Shown here one piece after another: positions 56,991 through 63,628 of a stretch of 63,628 bases of DNA. The stretch covers positions 1 to 63,628 of the forward strand of contig CAZZNI010000002.1 of NCBI GenBank assembly GCA_964655765.1, in the 5' to 3' direction. This stretch comes from an uncultured Gammaproteobacteria bacterium. Its GTDB lineage: Bacteria > Patescibacteriota > Microgenomatia > PFEM01 > CAYPPS01. The notes under the pieces were generated by a model. It worked only from the letters and a program-made list of their open reading frames with translations, searched no databases and was not told the origin of the DNA. The translations under genes and the position numbers were made by a program. The first letter of the stretch is position 1. Each line of letters begins with the position of its first letter.

Positions 56991-58172
56991 ATGAAAATGA
57001 AAAAAATAAAAAAACTTGGCCATCTTTTAGTATTACTGATTGTTATTTCCATTTTCTTTTTTTCCATCTATAAAATTGCCGCTTTAACCGGTTTGGGTCG
57101 ATTAAATGTTTTTGGCTTTAATTGTGATATTTGTAACGATTGTTTTTGCGATATTTGCGATGATTGCGGCCCATGTTGCCCAACACCAACCGAGGAACCG
57201 GAGCCAACTCCAACTGAAGAGTTATCTCCGTCACCAACGCCTATTGAAGAACTTTCGCCAACACCGACTTTAACGCCAATCCCAACTCCAACTTTGCCTT
57301 CCGAATCGGGTAATGGAGATAGTGCCAATGGTGATGTTGGTGGTGCTTCGGCGCCGGTTTGCGGTGAGGAAAAACCAGGAACGCCAATATTAACTTCTCT
57401 TGAAAAAATTAGTGGTGATCAGACCAAGTTAACTTGGACAACGGCCGACCGGGCAACTGGTTATTCTATCGCTTACGGTCTTTCGTCCGGCAATTATCAG
57501 TTTGGACTTGATGATACCGGTTTAGTTAATCAGTTTGCTATTGGCGGTTTGGATGCGGGGGTCAATTATTGTTTTGTCGTTCGGGCCAATAATAACTGCC
57601 AGCCGGGTGATTTTTCTAACGAGCTTTGCCAGAGTCAGCCTTCCGGTTGGGGAGGCGACCAGGTTTTGGGGGCATCAACTTTGGCAGCCACCGGCAGCAG
57701 CTTGAATGATTTTATTTTTAACTTAAATACAGTTGAGCAAAAAGCAGTTGATTGGTTTAATTTAACGGTCTTTGACCGGCAGCTGCCGGAAAGAATTGTT
57801 ATTGACGACCTAAAGATTGATTTACCGGTTAACTTAACTAAATTAAGAGATGGCCAGTGGCCGGTTGCCGCTTCTGAAGCTAATTTCTTACTTGGTTCAA
57901 CACTACCGGGCCAGTCTGGTAATGGCATTTTTTACGCTCATAATAAAAACAATTTGTTTGGTTCTTTAAATCAGATTAAACCAGGAAATGACATCACGGT
58001 TGTTACGCCGGAAACAAATTATACTTATGAGGTATTTGAAATATTAACGGCTGAAAGGGACGATTTGTCAATTTTAGAAAAAGGGGACGGTCAAATTATT
58101 ACTCTTTTTACCTGTACCGGCCCTAATGACAGCCAAAGACTGGTGGTTAAGGCTAAATTGAAACAGGGGTAA
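56991..58172 (+). CDS. Sortase fused to Cys-rich segment, PT linker and fibronectin type III domain
   Basis: TM, CDICNDCFCDICDDCGPCC, FN3 (LTW...Y...YCFVVRANNNC), VLGASTLAATG, then sortase FYAH / ITLFTC / QRLVVKA. Confidence 0.85.
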   Translation: MKMKKIKKLGHLLVLLIVISIFFFSIYKIAALTGLGRLNVFGFNCDICNDCFCDICDDCGPCCPTPTEEPEPTPTEELSPSPTPIEELSPTPTLTPIPTPTLPSESGNGDSANGDVGGASAPVCGEEKPGTPILTSLEKISGDQTKLTWTTADRATGYSIAYGLSSGNYQFGLDDTGLVNQFAIGGLDAGVNYCFVVRANNNCQPGDFSNELCQSQPSGWGGDQVLGASTLAATGSSLNDFIFNLNTVEQKAVDWFNLTVFDRQLPERIVIDDLKIDLPVNLTKLRDGQWPVAASEANFLLGSTLPGQSGNGIFYAHNKNNLFGSLNQIKPGNDITVVTPETNYTYEVFEILTAERDDLSILEKGDGQIITLFTCTGPNDSQRLVVKAKLKQG

Positions 58173-58194
58173 AATTGGTTTAAGATAAACTTTA

Positions 58195-59106
58195 ATGGAC
58201 CTGTCATTAAGGCATCTTTTTACCCCTCACCACAGTAATAATTATCGTGCCCGGGTTTTACACCCTTCTGTTATTTCTCTGTTTGCCAGTTTCTTTTTGC
58301 TTTATCAGTTTTTTATTAATTTTTACATTTTTTCTTGGCCGTCGGTTTTAGGTTTTGCTTCTAATGTTACCCCGCAAAAAGTCGTTGAACTGACTAACCA
58401 GAAACGGGCTGAAAATGGCCTACTGCCGTTAAAAATTAATGAACAGCTTAACCAAGCGGCGCAAAGAAAAGCGGCTGATATGTTTGCCTTTAATTATTGG
58501 GCCCATATTTCGCCTTCAGGCCGCCAGCCGTGGGATTTTTTCCATGAAGTCAATTACCGCTATGTTTACGCCGGTGAAAATTTAGCCAGGGATTTTATGG
58601 ACTCATCGGAAGTAGTTGAAGCTTGGATGCGCTCGCCAACCCATAAGGATAATATTGTTAATTCACACTATCAGGAAATCGGCTTAGCAGTAGTTAACGG
58701 CACCCTGGACGGAGTGGAAACAACTCTGGTAGTTCAATTGTTTGGTACGCCAGTCGAGACTCAAGCAAGCAAACCGGCAATTCCGCCGATAGCCCAAGCG
58801 GCCGAACAGCCGGTTAAGTCAGCGGTAATCAGTGAGGAAAAAACAGATGAGGTTGAAAATCAGTTACCGCCGGCAATTTATTTTCAGGAAGAAGAACAAA
58901 CATTCCCGGCTTTTTCGCCTTTTTGGCTGACTAAGATAGCGGCCATTTTCCTTTTAGGCTTAATAATTGGAGCCTTGTTGTTGGATTTAATTCTGGTTTA
59001 TAAGTTCAATGTTGTTAGGCTTTCCGGCCGAACGGTTGGCCATTTAATTTTTATCACTGCTTTATTGATAATAGTTTTATTAACTGACGCCGGAACAATT
59101 ATTTAA
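58195..59106 (+). CDS. CAP domain membrane protein
   Basis: TNQKR, YWAH, AGENLA, WMRSPTHKDNI; two C-terminal TM. Confidence 0.9.
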   Translation: MDLSLRHLFTPHHSNNYRARVLHPSVISLFASFFLLYQFFINFYIFSWPSVLGFASNVTPQKVVELTNQKRAENGLLPLKINEQLNQAAQRKAADMFAFNYWAHISPSGRQPWDFFHEVNYRYVYAGENLARDFMDSSEVVEAWMRSPTHKDNIVNSHYQEIGLAVVNGTLDGVETTLVVQLFGTPVETQASKPAIPPIAQAAEQPVKSAVISEEKTDEVENQLPPAIYFQEEEQTFPAFSPFWLTKIAAIFLLGLIIGALLLDLILVYKFNVVRLSGRTVGHLIFITALLIIVLLTDAGTII

Positions 59107-59108
59107 AA

Positions 59109-59357
59109 ATGAAAAACTTACGAGACTATTTTGCCTTAATCGCTTTTTTGTCGCTGGGCTTGGCGGTGTTTTGGTTTTTTAATTACAACCGTGATTTTCA
59201 AATTTATGTTATTTTGTCGATGGGTTTAGCCCACTTTTTATGGGGGCTGGTTCATCACGGGTTAAAAAAGGAGCTTCATTTACAGATAATCGTTGAATAC
59301 CTGGCAATTTCTTTGATCGGCTCTCTTAGTTTAGTTTTTTTGTTAATGAGAGCTTAA
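59109..59357 (+). CDS. Small three-TM membrane protein
   Basis: WGLVHH, VEY; hydrophobic. Confidence 0.7.
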   Translation: MKNLRDYFALIAFLSLGLAVFWFFNYNRDFQIYVILSMGLAHFLWGLVHHGLKKELHLQIIVEYLAISLIGSLSLVFLLMRA

Positions 59358-59363
59358 AGATAA

Positions 59364-59903
59364 ATGGTTGAAGCGGTTTTAAGTCAAGTTGGTGGACAGA
59401 TAGATAGATTACCGGGGCGGCAATTTGCCGAATTTGTCACTAGTTTGCCACCTTATGTTGAACAGCGTTTAGATAACTTGCAAGCTCAATTTGTGTTGCT
59501 GCTTGGTAATGGTGGGGGAATGGAAGTCCGAGCGGCGATTTTAGAGCCATTGTCAGTACAGATGGCCGGTAGTGAAGAAATGATTGTCGGCCAGAAACGA
59601 CCGGCAAGAGGTGGGCAGGAAGAAGTGTTTGTCCAGTGTTGCACCAGGATAGAAAGCTTGGGGCCGTCAGTTTTGACACCGGTTTATCAAATAACCGTTG
59701 ACAAATCGGGCCATTTTGATTTGAGAGCTCCTAGTCTTGGATTGTTTTTGCAGGGTGGCGATTTGCTTTTTAATCGACTCTTGTCGGCGGTGAAAAACTG
59801 GCCGATCAGGCCATATTATCAAGTTACGCCAACGATCAGCCTGGAAATGGCAGACAGTTTTTACCAAAAAGCTAATTGCGGTTTTCCTCCGGCTAATTTT
59901 TAA
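59364..59903 (+). CDS. Hypothetical protein
   Basis: 179-aa ORF filling the gap co-directionally; no motif recognised. Confidence 0.55.
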   Translation: MVEAVLSQVGGQIDRLPGRQFAEFVTSLPPYVEQRLDNLQAQFVLLLGNGGGMEVRAAILEPLSVQMAGSEEMIVGQKRPARGGQEEVFVQCCTRIESLGPSVLTPVYQITVDKSGHFDLRAPSLGLFLQGGDLLFNRLLSAVKNWPIRPYYQVTPTISLEMADSFYQKANCGFPPANF

Positions 59904-59925
59904 AAAGTGGTAAAATAGGCAGGCG

Positions 59926-60423
59926 ATGAACAAAAAGAAGACTTTTGTCAGTCCTAGTTTGGGCCGGGTTAGCCGGTTATCTTTAATTGGGGAACTGATT
60001 AATTTTATGCACGATCAACCGGATAGTTTTTATCGTTTGGTGATCGGTACTGACTCGAAAACGGCGCTTTTAGACGGTAAAAAACCGGTTGATTTTATTA
60101 CCGCTATAGTTATTCACCGTCAGGGCAAGGGCGCCCGCTATTTCTGGCAACGGCGGACAATTGATAAAGTGGCGACCTTGCGCGATAAAATTTACACCGA
60201 AACCGTGTTATCGATTAAAATGGCGGAGACAATCGTTCCCCGGTTTAAACAAAGATTAAACGGCCAGAGTTGTCAGGTAGAAATTCATATTGATGTTGGA
60301 GCGGTGGGAGAAACTAGAGATATGATTAAAGAAGTGGTTGGTATGGTTAATGGCAATGGCTATGCGGCTAAAACCAAACCACTTTCCTTCGGAGCGACTA
60401 ATGTTGCTGACCGCCACACTTAA
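59926..60423 (+). CDS. Ribonuclease H-like YkuK (DUF458) family protein
   Basis: [35 protein letters not shown]. Confidence 0.88.
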   Translation: MNKKKTFVSPSLGRVSRLSLIGELINFMHDQPDSFYRLVIGTDSKTALLDGKKPVDFITAIVIHRQGKGARYFWQRRTIDKVATLRDKIYTETVLSIKMAETIVPRFKQRLNGQSCQVEIHIDVGAVGETRDMIKEVVGMVNGNGYAAKTKPLSFGATNVADRHT

Positions 60424-61082
60424 AGTAGATCCGGCCGTTGTTTTTTGGTTTTTTCCAGAGCTTTTTTAAGCCGCCAGTCGTCTACCTTTTTATGATTGCC
60501 GGAAAGTAAAATCGGTGGCACCTTTTCTCCTTTGTAATCAGCTGGTCTGGTGTAGTGAGGGTACTCAAGTAAATTGTCAGTAAATGATTCATTTTTAGTG
60601 GCTTCTGATTTTTCTAAAACTCCAGGGAGCAGTCTTACCGTGGCATCAACTATTGCCATGGCTGGTATTTCACCGCCGGTTAAGACAAAGTCACCGATGG
60701 AAATTTCTTCATCAACCAACCCAGAAACTCTTTCATCAACACCTTCGTAATGCCCGCAAATAAAAATTAAGTGTTTTACTCTAGAAAACTGAATCGCCTT
60801 TTTTTGATTAAAAACTTTACCCCTCGGACTTAAGAGAATCACTTTTGACCCTTTTTTCTTTAAATCCTTTAAGGCTAAATCAATCGGTTCAATCATCATT
60901 ACCATGCCAGCGCCGCCGCCGAAAGGCCGGTCGTCAATCGTTTTATGTTTATCTATTGTCCATTTTCGTAAATTATGGAGATTGATGTTTACCTTACCTT
61001 TTGCTACGGCTCGCTTGACAATTGAATGGCTAAACGGTCCGTCAAACATTTCTGGAAAAATAGTTAAAATGTCAATTTTCAT
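60420..61082 (-). CDS. trmD: tRNA (guanine-N1)-methyltransferase
   Basis: [41 protein letters not shown]. Confidence 0.97.
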   Translation of the reverse strand: MKIDILTIFPEMFDGPFSHSIVKRAVAKGKVNINLHNLRKWTIDKHKTIDDRPFGGGAGMVMMIEPIDLALKDLKKKGSKVILLSPRGKVFNQKKAIQFSRVKHLIFICGHYEGVDERVSGLVDEEISIGDFVLTGGEIPAMAIVDATVRLLPGVLEKSEATKNESFTDNLLEYPHYTRPADYKGEKVPPILLSGNHKKVDDWRLKKALEKTKKQRPDLL

Positions 61083-61891
61083 AGGTCAAACGGGCTTTTA
61101 ATATTTTTTAATTTTGGGTTTGTTACTTGAGTATAAAGCTGTGTGGTTCTGATATTCAGATGACCTAAAAGCTCTTGTACATAACGGACATCAATACCGT
61201 TTTCCAGTAAGTGGGTAGCAAAACTGTGTCTTAAGGAATGGAAACTGGCCTCTTTTTTAATGCCGGTTTTTTTTAAACAAGCCTGAAACACTTTTTGCGC
61301 TGTTCTTGTGGTTAATTTTCCGCCGCGCTCGCTAGCAAAAACATAATCGTTGCCACTTTTTCCTGCCAGGAAATTTTGCAAACCTGTTTTTATTTTTTCA
61401 GGGAAAACAGTAATTCTGTCTTTGTTGCCTTTTGCTTTCTTGATATGGATCGTTAATTCACTGAAATCAACATCTTTTATCTTTAAAGTAACGATTTCAC
61501 TTACTCTGAGTCCTGCGCCGTAAGCCAAAGATAGCAACAATTTGTGCTTGGTATTTGATACTGATTCAATAATGCGTTTTATCTCTTTCCTTGACAAAAT
61601 TACCGGTAGTTTTTTATGCCTTTTGGCGTATGAAAAGCGGTAGGAGAAATGTTGGCCATATATTTTTTCGATGACATACTTCATTGTTGCATGATAGAGA
61701 TTAAGGGTATACGGAGAATAATTTTTATCTGCCAATATGGCAAGATATTGTTTAAATTCGCTTTCGGAAATTTTATTTAAAGGTTTTTGAAAATGTTGGT
61801 ATATTTTTTGAGCGCACAAAGAGTACGACTTAATTGTTCGGGGACTAAATGCCGATATTTTCATTTCTTGTTGCATTTTTGTAATTAGCAT
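61079..61891 (-). CDS. Integron-integrase-like tyrosine recombinase
   Basis: [11 protein letters not shown]-like N domain, [47 protein letters not shown]; divergent from the cassette ORFs. Confidence 0.88.
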   Translation of the reverse strand: MLITKMQQEMKISAFSPRTIKSYSLCAQKIYQHFQKPLNKISESEFKQYLAILADKNYSPYTLNLYHATMKYVIEKIYGQHFSYRFSYAKRHKKLPVILSRKEIKRIIESVSNTKHKLLLSLAYGAGLRVSEIVTLKIKDVDFSELTIHIKKAKGNKDRITVFPEKIKTGLQNFLAGKSGNDYVFASERGGKLTTRTAQKVFQACLKKTGIKKEASFHSLRHSFATHLLENGIDVRYVQELLGHLNIRTTQLYTQVTNPKLKNIKSPFDL

Positions 61892-61932
61892 AATAAAATT
61901 ATATCATGATTTGTTGTTTATACGAACAACAA

Positions 61933-61954
61933 TTCGCATAAACACTAGTTATGT
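61933..61954 (+). other. Putative attI-like site
   Basis: TTCGCATAAACACTA-GTTATGT just upstream of the integrase; GTT core at 61948. Confidence 0.5.
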
Positions 61955-62114
61955 GTAATCATTTTTTTAAAAATTTGATTATTTGCAAAGAGATTTTTAA
62001 AATAAGGAAAGAAAATTTAATTTTTTCTTTATAATTGAGAGGGATAAACGGAATTCCTCCGCTATCGCTCCGAAATGAATAATTTTATAAACTTTTAATT
62101 TTTAATAAAATATT

Positions 62115-63158
62115 ATGAAAAAACTTTTAACAATTACTGGAATAGGAATCGTGGTGTTAGTTTTGGCATTTTTTACTTGGCAATACTTTGTTCCACACAA
62201 TAATATTCAGAGTAATATGTCTGGAAATTACCTTGGAAGTGATTATAAGGGAAATTATGTTTGGGGTGGAGCCATGAATTTGGCATGGAATGAATTGAAC
62301 GAAAATATATTGCATGAAAAACTACAACTAAACACAAACGACGAAACAGCTCTAGAAATGGTCAAAAAGTTAAATGACGCCCCATTTTCAAAAAGTGATT
62401 TAGATGAAGAAAGCTATTATGTTAAGAGTGGCTATGGACAAAGTACTGTTGATGAAATTAATCGTGAATCAAAAAAGAAATTCCCATCGAAAAGTTTTAG
62501 TGATTTAAAAATTGATTTGTCTCCAAAAGATATTATTTCCTATGCCTACTTTTTGAAAGAAGTTGAGTATGAAACTATGTTTAAGAAAGATGTTGTTTTA
62601 TTCAAAGGCCAGAAAGTAGAAGGTTTTATTGCCGATAACGAAGCTCAAAGAGAAAATGTAAAAATTATCAAATACCAAAATGATGATAAGTTTATTATCA
62701 AATTGCAGTTGAAAGACAAAAATGATGAACTAATTTTGGCAAAAGGATATGATATGAAAAACCAACAGACAGTTGTCGACGAAATTAATCAAAATAATAA
62801 AAAGAATCTTGCAACAATAGGCGGATCAGACAAATTTAAAGCTCCAAAATTACACCTAGATCATCATCGCGATTATGTTGAACTAATTAAAAAATGGTTG
62901 TCAAATGAAGGTTTTAGTGATTATTATATTGCTAAAATGTTTGAAAACATTAAGTTTGATATGGATGAAAAAGGAGCAAAAGTTGAGAATGAAGCAGTGA
63001 TAGCAGTAATAGGTAGATCTGCTGGACCAAGCAAAAAACCTAAAATTAAAAATTTTATTTTGGATAAACCATACTGGGTAATAATGAAAAGAGCCGATTC
63101 TCAAAATCCATATTTTATTTTAGGAGTCAATAATGTGGAGTTAATGGAAGCAAAATAA
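62115..63158 (+). CDS. Membrane-anchored serpin-like protein (putative cassette gene)
   Basis: C-terminal FDMDEKGAKVENEA...FILDKPYWVIM...PYFILGVNN resembles the serpin hinge/RCL/signature region; AT-rich. Confidence 0.6.
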   Translation: MKKLLTITGIGIVVLVLAFFTWQYFVPHNNIQSNMSGNYLGSDYKGNYVWGGAMNLAWNELNENILHEKLQLNTNDETALEMVKKLNDAPFSKSDLDEESYYVKSGYGQSTVDEINRESKKKFPSKSFSDLKIDLSPKDIISYAYFLKEVEYETMFKKDVVLFKGQKVEGFIADNEAQRENVKIIKYQNDDKFIIKLQLKDKNDELILAKGYDMKNQQTVVDEINQNNKKNLATIGGSDKFKAPKLHLDHHRDYVELIKKWLSNEGFSDYYIAKMFENIKFDMDEKGAKVENEAVIAVIGRSAGPSKKPKIKNFILDKPYWVIMKRADSQNPYFILGVNNVELMEAK

Positions 63159-63346
63159 GGTGTTTTGAAAAATGAAATTCACCCCTAATCCCTCTTTCAT
63201 TTTTCAAAACGAAAAAAATTAAATTTTCGAATAATAAAAAAATCTCTCTGCAGAAAAATAATAAAGATAAAAAATGACTTCTCCGCTTCGCTACGATCGT
63301 GTTGCACTCTCCTTTTCGACTCTTTTTAGTTACCCAGGATCGGGCC

Positions 63347-63461
63347 AGATAACACAGTATATGTGGTTCGCTCGTTGCACTTCGCTCACTCATATTCCGC
63401 CGAAATTTGATAAAATAAATCAAGGTTTAGGGAGGACATTAGACACGCCGAAATGTTATAT
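63347..63461 (+). other. Putative attC-like recombination site
   Basis: AGATAACA (63347) and TGTTATAT (63454-63461) are complementary ends; internal hairpin ATATGTG...CACTCATAT. Confidence 0.55.
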
Positions 63462-63506
63462 AAAATTCGACCTTTAACTTTAGAAATAATAATTTAAAAT
63501 AGTACT

Positions 63507-63628
63507 ATGAACAAAACAACAAAAACTGCATTAATAATTATTGGCGTTTTGTTGTTATTAAATGGATTGTTAAATATCATTGACGATGGAACAATCTTAA
63601 CTTACGACATTGCCTCCATTTTATCTGG
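63507..63628 (+). CDS. Small membrane protein, second putative cassette (partial)
   Basis: MNKTTKTALIIIGVLLLLNGLLNIIDDGTILTYDIASILS, open to the window end. Confidence 0.6.
   Translation, partial: MNKTTKTALIIIGVLLLLNGLLNIIDDGTILTYDIASILS

Noticed and set aside
63127-63477. ORFs 63127-63423 and 63274-63477
   Set aside because: They span the inverted repeat and attC-like site and have no protein-like features.
1-63628. Alternative genetic code (TGA as Gly)
   Set aside because: Conserved genes such as prfB, uvrA-region neighbours and the integrase end at TGA at expected lengths, and long ORFs are intact under the standard code.

Overview
Chromosomal window from a bacterium using standard TGA stops. 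Gene content and style (sortases, PT-linker surface proteins, many apparently leaderless genes) suggest Patescibacteria/CPR, probably Microgenomates; this is inference. Housekeeping genes: lon, uvrC/uvrA/uvrB, greA, lysS, serS, secA, tsaD, a tsaC-tsaE fusion, prfB, ftsE/ftsX, trmD, tRNA-Gln(CTG) and tRNA-Glu(CTC). Accessory modules lie between them. (1) A processive GT2 synthase / micro-peptide / sortase / deacetylase / glycoside hydrolase operon at 2.1-7.1 kb. (2) A divergent GGDEF/palm-like protein, peptidase E and a truncated S66 peptidase downstream of tRNA-Gln. (3) Three single-gene insertions (NYN, a 501-aa membrane protein, a REP-associated tyrosine transposase), each bracketed by direct repeats that contain a promoter. 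(4) A candidate sortase-anchored Asn/Ser-rich repeat fibre operon at 53.9-58.2 kb, preceded by a DUF2292-like small gene and an overlapping hairpin/terminator leader. (5) An integron-like locus at the right end whose integrase appears to lack the IntI-specific insert. Short palindromic elements sit inside tRNA remnants and in frame inside uvrC and tsaD. All family calls come from motif recognition by eye; no searches were run.
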